Part shown: positions 24,883 to 36,725 of the stretch, piece after piece
Numbering within the stretch: position 1 is the first letter of the stretch
How the letters are laid out: each line of letters begins with the position of its first letter
Source: Selaginella moellendorffii
Taxonomy: Eukaryota > Plantae > Lycopodiophyta
Length of the DNA: 64,000 bases
Assembly: GCF_000143415.4 (NCBI RefSeq)
Contig: NW_003314262.1
Location: 1,043,960-1,107,959 of the forward strand
Direction of reading: 5' to 3'
Position numbers and translations under genes: made by a program
The notes under the pieces: model-generated
Databases searched by the model: none
Seen by the model: only the letters and a program-made list of their open reading frames with translations
What the model was told of the DNA's origin: nothing

Positions 24883-26435
24883 CACCATAGGATAAAGGTT
24901 AAAAACCACGTGTGCTACTTTTAGTACCAAAGTATACATCTTCAGCAAGTATTATCCAATGAAATAGGGTAATTAATCTCATTGCATACGCAAAGATGAA
25001 AATGATGATCTGTGTGGGTACATGTTTGGGTGCTAAAACTTCACATTTGTTCCTTATGTATGGATTTGGTTACCTTTTCGTACCATATTATGTGAGCTTG
25101 CTTTTGGGCTCATAGGATGGAATGAGATGTTCTATTTGCACAAGTTTGTGCTTGGGCTCGTAAGTGGGGCATATTAGCAACTCAAGGTTACACTTTGAGT
25201 TGGCAAGATTAATGTTAGCCTATTAATGGTTCTATATATTGTTCCATGTACCATAGGTAAAAGTAAACCTCCCCTAGGTTTGCTATAAGTGGCAAATAGG
25301 CTGGTTTATAGCTATTTAGTTAGCATGGCACTAGTGGATCCTTCCTATGCATAATTATAGTGGATAAATTAAGACAGTAGGGATTAGTCTATTGGTTCAA
25401 GTAATCATTATCGTGCTCTCTTATTAACTTTTCTTGGATTGGACTGAAGTCATTCAGAATGCAAGCTTGAGGTTTAATTAAAGATGAGACCAAAAAGAGA
25501 GTTGTTAGGGATGAAGGATCAAACATATAAATCATTCTCTTCTTGGAGGGATAATTTGCAACTGTAAGGAACCAACTCCCTAAGGTGTCGTAGGCTAAAG
25601 GATCCCTGAAAGCACGACCAAAATGATAAAGAGTTCATTGGATGGGATCGAGTCTGAGATCGAGTCCAAGACCGACTCTGAGACAGAGTTTGAGATAAAG
25701 TCCAGGATTGAGTCCGAAGCCGACTCCGAGACCGAGTTTGAGACATAGTCCAAGATCCGAGGTCGGGTCCGAGATCAAGTCCGAGGTCAAGGTCAAGTCC
25801 AAGATCGGGTTTGAGGTCGAGTCCGAGATCAAGTCCGAGACCGAGTCCGAATTCAGGTCCGAGATTGAGTCCGAGATCAAGTCCGAGACCGAGTCTGAGT
25901 ACTAATACAGGTCAAAGGGGTGAAAGCCCAAAGCATGTGTCTCCTAGGGAGGGGGGGGGGGGCTACTAAGTATAGTAGGGATAGTGAGGTCTAGGAACTA
26001 ATCTTGAAGGAACTCTCCAGTGGTGCTTCCAAACTGACTTGAGGTTGAGACTAGGTGGGAGTGAGCATGGACTCGGGTGGTGCCAGAGGGGCCACCCAAG
26101 GAAGTGCTCAAGAGCAGCTCCCACTCGCGGAAGGGAAATCAACTATAATGCTCCCAGTTCATGTGGAGTGGTGCCCCACTTGAGTACCTTGTGGCTCATT
26201 GGTCCTCGCCCTTCCTAGGGGCTTGGGCCTTCCCTTCGGGATGGAAGTGGGGGGGGGGGGGTAGCGGTACCCATACCGGGCCGTTAAGCCATGGTGTTTC
26301 CCCCTGGCGTCTCGAAGCAAGTGTTGCACACAAGGCTTGGGATTTAGGGGGTCCCATGATCAAGCCTTGTTATACCAAGGGATGTTAGGAATCTAGAGGT
26401 TTGGTGTGCTTGGCTACTTATGCATGTGGGGAATG

Positions 26436-29400
26436 TGTAAGGAACCGACTCCCCGAGATGTCGTAGGCTAAAGGATCCCCAAAAAGCTTGACCGAAATGA
26501 CAAAGAGTTCATCGGATGGGACCAAGTCGAGGATCGAGTCCAAGACCGACTCTAGGACCGAGTTCGAGATAGAGTCCGGAATCGAGTCCGAGACCGACTC
26601 GGGGACCGAGTTCGAGTCTGAGTTCGAGACCGAGTTCGAGACGGAGTCCGGATCCGAAATCGGGTCTGAGACCGAGTCCGAGGTCGAGTCCGAGGTCGGG
26701 TCCGAGGTCGGGTCCGAGATCGAGTCCGTGATCGAGTCCGAACCCGAATCCGAAGTCGGATCCGAAATCGGGTCCGAGATCGAGCCAGAGACTAAGTCCA
26801 AATACTAATACGGGTCAAGGGGTGAAAGCCCAAAGCATGCGTCTCCCAGGGGGGGGGGGGGCTGCAGGGGGTTCCAAAAGTATAGTAGGGATAGTGAGGT
26901 CCAGGAACCAGTTTAGAAGGGACTCTCCAGTTGGGCTTCCAAACCGACTTGAGGTTGGGACTGGGACCGAGGGGCCTTGGGTGGGAGTGAGCATGGACTT
27001 GGCTGGTGCCGGAGGGGCCATCCAAGGAAGTGCTCAAGAGCAGCTCCCACTCCCGAAAGGGAAACCGATTGCGGTGCTCCCGGCTCAGGTGGAGTGGTGC
27101 CCCACTTGAGTACCTTGGGGCTCATTGGTCCTCGCCCTTCCGGGGGCTTGGGCCTTTCCTTCGGGATGGAAGTGGGGGGGTAGAGGTACCCATACCGGGC
27201 CGTTAGGCCACGGTGTTTCGCCCCGACGTCCCGAAGCAAGTGTTGCACCCAAGGCTTGGGATTTAGAGGGTCCCATGATCAAGCCTTGTGATACCTTGGG
27301 GTGTTAGGAATCTGGAGGCTTGGTGTGCTTGGCTGCTTGTGCCTACGGGGAGTGTAGCCGAACCTTAAGTCCAGTCTAACCCGGGGAGGGGGATTGGGAG
27401 AGATTTGGGAATCTGTAGATGGATGGCTAACACTCCGTTGCTCATGCAGTAAGTAGCTGAAACCAAGTAGGAGCTGGCACCATAGGCGAGAACCTTGGTG
27501 AGGGAACTTAGCACAAGCCAAGGCGGAGTTGGTCGGATAGGCGAGGTAAGCTGGCAAATTGGAAAGGAAAAATTTGTGGCTTACAATTTGGTATCGGAGC
27601 CTCTTCCTCAGTTCTAGCGAAGGATAGAGGCGGATTGCTGGGAGATGGCAAGGGCAGGACGTAAGCGAACCCAGGCGGAGACGGAACCTCCTCTAGAGCT
27701 GGAGCCTCCGGTCGAACAGGAGGCGATGGATGAGGAATCCTTGCATGAGGAGGACTCCAGTGAGGCAACTTCCAAACAGGAGTCTTGTGGTGAGGTTCGG
27801 TCGTCCAAGGCTCGATTGGATGTTCTAGAAGGACAATTGGCACAGACCAATGCCCTGCTAGAGACTCTCGTACGCAAGCTAAAGCGTGACGAGAAGCGGA
27901 AGAAAAAGCGTAAGACTGCGGATGCTGGCAGCGCAGAAGGTGCGGACCCTTCGGCGGGGACTGAGGCAAAACCAGACAAGGTCGAACAGACCGAAGTGGA
28001 ATCAGTCCCTCAGGCAGTTCCCAAGTACAAACCGAAGCCCCCACCGGTCTTCAAGGGAGTGAACGACTATAAGGTGGTGGAGGATTGGTTTTACGATATG
28101 GAGGACTACTTCCGAGCGTTGCGATTACCGAGCTCGGAGAAGGTCCCATGTGCAAAACCATACTTGGCAGATAATGCCAAGTCTTGGTGGAGAACAACGG
28201 AGGCCAACGAAGGACCGGTGGCCACTTGGGAAATGATGAAGGCGAGGATCCGCGCGACATACGTTCCTCCGAATGCCACTCTGCATCTGAGAGATGAGCT
28301 GAGTAGGCTGAAGCAGACTGGAACCATCCAAGAATATGTGAATGGGTTCATGGCAAAGAGGATACTTGTCACGGACATGGGGGATATGGATGCGTTCCAT
28401 GCCTTTATATCAGGTTTGCAAACCTGGGCTCGCGGTGAGGTGATGCGCTGGAACCCGACCAACTACAAGGAAGCGTTGGATGCGGCCATCAAGGTGCATT
28501 TCAACGATAACTTGCGAAAGGGGAACACGACGGGGTCGGGATCCACGTTTCACAAAGGGGCCAAACCGAGGGGAACATATAGCAGGGGGAAATTCAAGAA
28601 GAGTTTCTCTAAGAATGAGTCCTCGGGATTTCGGAAAGGCAAATCCGGTGGCCAGTGAGCAAGTACGTGGGGGAGTCAAGCGAAAAGAAACAAACCCACA
28701 GATAAGAAGGTCAAGTCATATAGCAGCGTGGGAAACAACGTATGCTATAACTGCGGTGAAGCGGGACACTTTTCGAGGGAATGTCCCTACCCGAAGAAGG
28801 CCAGAGCCAATATGGCCATCAAGTCGGGCGAAGTCCAAAATGAGGTATGTGATCCAGTCCCTAACTCAAAGTTACTCATTACACGAGCAACTTTGGTAGA
28901 GAGTCGTTCGCGACATCTACTAGCCCTCCGAGGGAAGCTCGGAGGTACCTTTGTTAAGATCCTTATTGACACGGGTGCTTCGGATAATTTTGTGGCTGCA
29001 GACATAGTCCGGCAAGCCGGACTAACGGTGCAGCGGCTAGGCGAACCAAGGACTATAGAGTTTGTTCAAGGTAGCCAAAGCACCGATGAGGTACTTCGAC
29101 AAGCGAAAGTCGAAGTAGGGACATGGAAGGTAGACATGGATTTCACCGTGTTGGACATGGCGGGATTTGACGTGATCTTCGGAATGGATTGGTTCAATCG
29201 GTTCGTGGTAGCCCTACATGGACAAGGTAGGAACTTTGTGGTACTGGCGAATGCCCAAGGAAGAAGATCTAGGGTGGAAGCCCAGGATCTAAAGGTGGGG
29301 CAAAGCAAGGCCAAAGAATCCTGCTTAAACCTGGTGTCCACGAGAGGACAACTCACTAAAGGAACTAAGGCAGCCTTTTTGTGCTTACTCTCGGTGAAGA

Positions 29401-32400
29401 GTGACAAAAAGACAAGAACGGAAGAAGTGCCTTTAGTGATCCAGCGGGTGTTGGACCAATTCCAGGATACCATGCCGGAGGAGCTACCGGCGGGGCTGCC
29501 CCCAGCACGACCGATAGAACATAAGATTGAGCTGGTCGAGGGTGCTGAGGCAGTGGTTCGTCCCCCTTATCGTTTGAACGAAAAAGAACTCAAGGAGCTC
29601 AAGTGCCAACTAGAGGAGTTGGTGGACAAAGGGTATGTTAGGTTGAGCAAGTCGCCGTATGGGGCGCCGGTGTTATTTGTGAAAAAGAAAGATGGATCTA
29701 TGCGCATGTGCATAGACTACCGCTTGCTCAACAAGTATACAAAGAAGAACAAGTACCCTTTGCCAAGGATTGAGGACCTGTTCGATAGGTTGGGAAAGGC
29801 AAAATACTTCTCGAGGATTGACCTAAGGTCAGGATACTACCAGATTAGGGTAGCAGAGGAAGATGTCGAGAAGACAACCTGTCGAACGAGGTATGGGAGC
29901 TTTGAGTTTCTGGTGATGCCCTTCGGGCTATGTAATGCGCCGGCAACGTTTTCGGCGCTAATGAACCACGTCTTTGTACCCTATCTGGATCACTTCGTGG
30001 TCGTCTATATCGACGACATCCTGATCTATAGCGAGACGCTAGAAGAGCATGCCGAACACTTGGCGAAGGTGTTTGAGAAACTAAGGGAACACAAGCTGTA
30101 TGCTAAAGAGAGCAAATGTGACTTTGCTCAACAAGAGGTAAAGTTTCTCGGGCATGTGGTGGGCCAGGACGGGCTCAAGGTGGACCCGGAGAAGGTCCAA
30201 GCGATCCAGGAATGGGAGCGACCATCGAATGTACATGAGTTGAGGGCGTTCCTGGGGCTATGCAACTACTATCGAAAGTTTATCAGACACTATTCGAGAG
30301 TAGCCCTGCCCTTAACGGACCAAACAGGAAAAGGGAAGATGGTATGGACAGCAGAATGCGAGGCGGCATTCGTCCACCTCAAAGGGAAGTTGAGGAAGGC
30401 TCCCGTATTGGCATTGCCAGACTTTGGTAAGGACTTTGAGGTAGAAACGGATGCTTCGGACTTTGCGTTGGGCGCAGTTCTGAAGCAAGACAACCATCCG
30501 GTAGCGTTCTTCTCGAAGAAGCTGGACAAGGCTCAACAGAAGTGGCCTGCCCATGAGAAGGAATTGTTTGCGGTGGTCAAGGCACTCAAGGAGTGGCGAC
30601 ACTACCTTGGGAGACACTTCAAGGTTTACACGGACAATGTGGCAACGAAACACTTCTTGTCACAGCCCGACCTAAGAGGGAAACAAGGTCGGTGGGCCAA
30701 TGCCTTGGCCGAGTTTGATTGTGAAATTCTGTACAAGCCTGGGAAGAGCAACATCGTGGCGGATGCGCTAAGTCGAAAAGCGAGCTTGAAGTTGGCAATA
30801 TCCAGCGCAACAGCAACCTTCTGGGACGATGTGCGGACAGCATATGAGAACGATGGTCTAGCACAAGAAGTGTTGCTGAGGAATCTAGAGGCGCGGGAAG
30901 CTCACCAGAGAGGTGAGCTGCCAACGGAAGAGAAAACGGGCTATGCGGAACGCAACGGACTCATTTATTACAAGCAAACGAGGGTGTATGTTCCAGAAGG
31001 GGAACTAAGGAAGGTGGCCTTAGAAGAGTGTCATGACGGACCTCTTGCGGGACACGGCGGAGTGCCAAGACGATGGGCTTACTCAAGAGGAAGTACCATT
31101 GGCCAGATATGGCTAAGGACGTCCAAGACTATGTAAAGACATGTCCAACATGTCAGCAGGTCAAAGCCGTGACTAAGGCTAGTGGGGGCTTGTTGCAAAG
31201 CATCCCAATTCCAGATCGCCCGTGGAAATGTCTTACGATGGACTTCATCACGGGACTACCCCCAAGCGAGGGGTTCGATGCGATATTCGTGGTGGTGGAC
31301 CGATTTTCAAAGATGGCACATTTCATACCCACCACAACGGACGTGGATGCGGAAGGTGTGGCGAAGCTGTTCTTTGAACAAGTGGTTCGAGTGCGGGGAA
31401 GGCCGGAAGAGATTATCTCAGATCGAGATAAGATCTTCACTAGTAGGTTCTGGAGGACACTCCTAGAACAGTATCGCACCAAATTGAAATTCAGCACAGC
31501 CTATCACCCACAGACAAGTAATGGGTATTAAGTCAAGATTGATGGCACTAACACTTCTTGACAGACGGACAAACGGAAAGGGTGAATAGGCAGCTGGAGG
31601 ATTATTTGCGATGCTATGTCTCGGGAGACCAGACCAATTGGGTAAGTCATTTGGGACTTGCGGAAATGTGTTATAACAACTCACCACACTCAAGCATCGG
31701 GGTGAGTCCATGGGAAGTCATCAATGGGCGAGCTATTGAAGGTCCTGTGGAACTCGGCGTGGCCGAGTATCATGGAGAGTTACCCGCAGTGGAGGCATTC
31801 ACGGCGGAAAGACTCAACATTTGGAATCTAGTGAGGGATTCCTTGGAACGGGCTCAACAAAGGCAAACTAAGTACGCGAACCAAAAGCGTCGGGATGTGG
31901 AGTTCCAAGCTGGGGAGAAGGTGTGGCTGAACACCAAGAACCTCAGACTACCAAGCTTGATCAGCCGAAAGTTGACCCAAAGGTAAAGACGCATGTATTC
32001 CTGTAAATGAATTGATCTTGAGTTCCTTAAGCAGGTTCGCGGGGCCTTATGAAATTGAGGCACGAATCGGTAAAGTGGCTTACCGACTCCGACTTCCTCG
32101 AGAGATGGGGAAGATGCACCCAGTGTTCCACGTGAACTTACTCAAGCCGTACTTTGAGGATCCGCTTCGCAAGGACCAAGTGAGACCTTTACCTGAGGTT
32201 ATCCAAGGGGAAGAGGACTACGAAGTCGAGGCCATCCTCAATGCGCGCAAGAGCAAGCGACAAGGACGCGAGGTGAGAGAGTTCCATGTGAAGTGGAAAG
32301 GATTTCCACACTGCGAAGCAACATGGGAACCGGAGGAGAACCTAGCGAACGCACGAGATCTAGTGGAGGAATTTCTGCAAGGCAGAACTTTATGTACTTA

Positions 32401-33968
32401 TGCAAAATTCAATTAAAAATATCAATTTGCAAAAGTTGAGCAAATGGCATATGTTGGGACCCGAAGGCACGCCAAAGGTAAGCTAATTAGCATGGGTTGG
32501 ATAGGTCGACCAGGCGTAGGGCACTACGCCCGACTCCCTGCGGGGATGTCGAATCCGTAGACGTATTCTACGGAGGTTGGGTTCGAGTCCCAACCCCCTA
32601 GTAAAGCAAGGCTGGGTTCAAGTCCCGACCCTATACTAGGGCGTGGTGAGGTGAGGAGTATAGGGACACCTATATTCCGTTGTCATGGGCTCTTGGCCGG
32701 GGAGGCTAACTTAGGCACACCGCTAAGTGGGGGGATGCCCCCGGAGACATGGACAACAAGTCGTAGGATAAAACGAGACGTTCGATGTGGGCATCGAACT
32801 TCTTCTATGGGTGGTGGAGTTGTAAGGAACCGACTCCCCGAGATGTCGTAGGCTAAAGGATCCCCAAAAAGCTTGACCGAAATGACAAAGAGTTCATCGG
32901 ATGGGACCAAGTCGAGGATCGAGTCCAAGACCGACTCTAGGACCGAGTTCGAGATAGAGTCCGGAATCGAGTCCGAGACCGACTCGGGGACCGAGTTCGA
33001 GTCCGAGTTCGAGACCGAGTTCGAGACGGAGTCCGGATCCGAAATCGGGTCCGAGACCGAGTCCGAGGTCGAGTCCGAGGTCGGGTCCGAGGTCGGGTCC
33101 GAGATCGAGTCCGTGATCGAGTCCGAACCCGAATCCGAAGTCGGATCCGAAATCGGGTCCGAATCGAGCCAGAGACTAAGTCCAAATACTAATACGGGTC
33201 AAGGGGTGAAAGCCCAAAGCGTGCGTCTCCCAGGGGGGGGGGGGCTGCAGGGGGTTCCAAAAGTATAGTAGGGATAGTGAGGTCCAGGAACCAGTTTAGA
33301 AGGGACTCTCCAGTTGGGCTTCCAAACCGACTTGAGGTTGGGACTGGGACCGAGGGGCCTTGGGTGGGAGTGAGCATGGACTTGGCTGGTGCCGGAGGGG
33401 CCATCCAAGGAAGTGCTCAAGAGCAGCTCCCACTCCCGAAAGGGAAACCGATTGCGGTGCTCCCGGCTCAGGTGGAGTGGTGCCCCACTTGAGTACCTTG
33501 TGGCTCATTGGTCCTCGCCCTTCCGGGGGCTTGGGCCTTTCCTTCGGGATGGAAGTGGGGGGGTAGAGGTACCCATACTGGGCCGTTAGGCCACGGTGTT
33601 TCGCCCCGACATCCCGAAGCAAGTGTTGCACCCAAGGCTTGGGATTTAGAGGGTCCCATGATCAAGCCTTGTGATACCTTGGGGTGTTAGGAATCTGGAG
33701 GCTTGGTGTGCTTGGCTGCTTGTGCCTGCGGGGAGTGTAGCCGAACCTTAAGTCCAGTCTAACCCGGGGAGGGGGATTGGGAGAGATTTGGGAATCCGTA
33801 GATGGATGGCTAACACTCCGTTGCTCATGCAGTAAGTAGCTGAAACCAAGTAGGAGCTGGCACCATAGGCGAGAACCTTGGCGAGGGAACTTAGCACAAG
33901 CCAAGGCGGAGTTGGTCGGATAGGCGAGGTAAGCTGGCAAATTGGAAAGGAAAAATTTGTGGCTTACA
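26436..33968 (+). mobile_element. Full-length young Ty3/Gypsy chromovirus (family A, Galadriel-like RT)
   Basis: LTRs at 26436-27585 and 32821-33968 (TGTAA...TTACA, roughly ten differences by eye), TSD GAATG, PBS TGGTATCGGAGC at 27589-27600, PPT ATGGGTGGTGGAGT before 32821. Confidence 0.97.
27645..32416 (+). pseudogene. Gag-Pol polyprotein (Gag, CCHC knuckle, protease, RT, RNase H, integrase, chromodomain) with two introns in integrase
   Basis: [60 protein letters not shown] and YEVEAIL..VKWKGF..TWEP. TGA at 28656-28658 (CGA or CAA in sister copies) and a 1-nt deletion near 31066 inactivate this copy. Introns at 31518-31564 and 31983-32034. Confidence 0.93.
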
Positions 33969-36275
33969 GAATGTAGCCAAACCTTAAGTCCAGTTTAACC
34001 CGGGGCGGGGGATTGAGAGAGATTTGGGAATCCGTGGATAAATGGTTAATGCTCCATTGCTCGTGCAGTGAGTAGTTGAAATCAAGTACCACCAAGTAGG
34101 AGTTGGTACAAAAGGTGGGAACCTTGATGAGGGAACTTAGCAAAGGCCAAGGCGGTGTTGGTTGGATAGATGAGGTAAGTTGGCAAAATGGAAACAAAAA
34201 ACTTTTGGCTTACAATTTGGTATTAAAGCCTTTTCCTTAGTTCTAGCAAAGGATAGAGGTGGATTGCTGGGAGAGGGGTGTAAACGAACCAAGGCAGAGA
34301 CAAAACCTCCTCTGAAGATGGAGCCTCTAGTCGAACAAGAGGCTATGGATGAGGAATCTTTGCATGAGGAGGACTCTAGTGAGGGAACTTCCAAACAGGA
34401 TAGTGGTGAGATTCGGTCATCCAAGGCTCAATTGGATGTTCTAGAAGGACAATTGGCATAGTCCAATGCTCTGCTGAAGACTTTCATACGCAAGCTAAAG
34501 CGTGACAAAAAGTGGAAGAAAAGGCAAAAAATTGCAAATGCTGGTAGTGCAGAAGGTGCGGACCCTTCGGCAGGGACTGAGGTATAACCCAACAAGGTCA
34601 AACAGATCAAAGTGGAATCAGTCCCTCAGGCAGTTCCCAAGTACAAACCAAAGCCCCCACCAGTCTTTAAGGGAGTGAATGACTATAAAGTGGTGAAGGA
34701 TTGGTTTTACGATATGGAGGACTACTTCCAAGTGTTGCAGTTACCGAGCTCGGAGAAGGTCCCATGTGCAAAACTGTGCTTAGTAGATAATGCCAAGTCT
34801 TGGTGGAGAACGATAGAGGCCAACGAAGGACCGGTGGCCACTTGGGAAATGATAAAAGCGAGGATTCATGTGACATATATTCCTCTGAATGCTACTCTAC
34901 ACTTAAGGGATGAGCTGAGTAGGCTGAAGCAGACCAGAACCATTCAAGAGTATGTGAATGGGTTTATAGCAAAGAGGATACTTGTTACGGATATGGGTGA
35001 TAGATGCATTCCATGCCTTTATATCAGGCTTGAAAACCTGGACTCGTAGCAAGGTGATGCTTTAGAACCCGACCAACTAGAAGGAAGCATTAGATGCAGC
35101 TTTCAAGGTGCATTTCAATGATAACCTACGAAAGGGGAACACGACAAGGTCGGAGTCCATGTTTAGCAAAGGGGCCAAACCAAGGGGAATATATAGCAAA
35201 GGAAAATTCAAGAGGAGTTTCTCTAAGAATGAGTTCTTGCGGTTCCAAAAAGGCACATCCGGTGGCCAGCAAGCAAGTACGTGGGGGAGTCAAGCAAAAA
35301 GAGACAAACCCATGGATAAGAAGGTCAAGTCTGTTAACAGCATGGGAAATAACGTATGTTGCAACTACGGTGAAGTGGGACACTTTTTAAGGGAATGTCC
35401 CTACCCGAAGAAGGCTAGAGCCAATATGGCCATTAAGTCGGGTGAAATCCAAATTGAGGTATGTGATCCAGTCCTTAGCTCAAAGTTACTCATTACCCGA
35501 GCAACTTTGGTAAAGAGTCGTTTGCGACATTTACTAACCCTCTAAGGGAAGCTCAGAGGTAGCTTTGTTAAGATCTTTATTGACACGGGTGCTTTGGATA
35601 ATTTTGTGGCTGCAAACATAGTCCAATAAGCCGGACTAATGGTCCAGCGGCTGGGTGAACCAAGGACGATAGGGTTTGTTCAAGGTAGCCAAAACACCGA
35701 TGAGATACTTCAACAAGCGAGAGTCGAAGTAGGGACATGGAAAGTAGACATGGATTTCACCGTGTTGGACATGGTAGGATTTGACGTAATCTTTGGGATG
35801 GATTGGTTCAATTGGTTTGTAGTAGCTCTACATGAACAAAGTAGGAACCTTGTGGTACTGGCGAATGCCCGGGGAGAATGATCTAGGGTGGAGGCCCAAG
35901 ATCTAAAGGTAGGGCAATGTAAGGCCAAAGACTTGTTTAAACCTAGTGTCCATGAGAGGAGAACTCACTAAAGGAACCAAGGCAACATTTTTATGCTTAC
36001 TCTCGGTGAAGAGTGACAAAAAGACGGGAATAAAAGATGTACCTTTAGTGATCCAGTGGGTGTTGGACCAATTCCAAGATACCATGCTAGAGGAGCTACC
36101 GGCAGGGTTGCCCCCTGCACGACTGATAGAACACAGGATTGAGCCGGTCGAGGGTGCTAAGGCAGTGGTTCGTCCCCCCTATCGTTTGAATGAAAAGGAA
36201 CTCAAGAAGCTCAAGCGCCAACTAGAAGAGTTTGTGGACAAAGGGTATGTTAGGTTGAGCAAGTTGCCGTATGAG

Positions 36276-36725
36276 TGTCGTGAATGTGACTTTAGGTATC
36301 GAAAGTTACTTGTCGGCTAATCCTTACGGACACTCTTTTTCTTACTGCCATGATGGCAGGAGGTCGGTATTGCTGGACCCATTATCAGTCTCTGCCTAAG
36401 CTAGTTGAGAAACTGGTCTTCGCGTGTGCACTTGACCAGATGAGCATAAGGAAGGAAATCCTAAGTGTCTATTTAATCAAGCATACTTGACTTGGTTAAA
36501 GAAACTCATTCGTTGACTTGCACTTGCTAGTGTTGGGAACCCCCGTGATATTGAGCTTGGTCCCTCAATATCGCTAGATGATAACTTACCGTGTCTGCCA
36601 AACACCCTCACTATCATGCCTTTTGTGTTAGTCTCAATTCGGTCCTAAATACTATTTATGGAAAGTGTCTAGATTTGCTCATTTGGCATATTTACAAAAT
36701 GTAGAGATTGGCCTGAATACAATGG
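36276..36725 (+). mobile_element. Partial family 3 LTR
   Basis: Begins TGTCG and is the reverse complement of the LTR at 61629-62110. Confidence 0.75.

Larger units (their letters stand above)
25563..36275 (+). mobile_element. Older, 3'-truncated family A element (5' LTR 25563-26435 + 33969-34214, decayed gag-PR-RT start to about 36275), interrupted by the younger copy
   Basis: The LTR resumes exactly after the GAATG TSD. PBS TGGTATTAAAGC at 34218. gag/pol is collinear with 27645-29660 but has many stops. Confidence 0.9.

Noticed and set aside
28656-28658. Programmed stop-codon readthrough between gag and pol
   Set aside because: Sister copies have CGA (about 58832, minus) or CAA (about 35270) at this codon, so the TGA is a private CpG deamination.
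31055-31080. Programmed frameshift in the integrase zinc finger
   Set aside because: The copy at about 56420-56440 is in frame here (GTGCCCAAAATG), so this is a 1-nt deletion or a sequencing error.
32575-32626. True tRNA gene
   Set aside because: Only T-arm hairpins are present, with no recognisable D arm, anticodon arm or acceptor stem.
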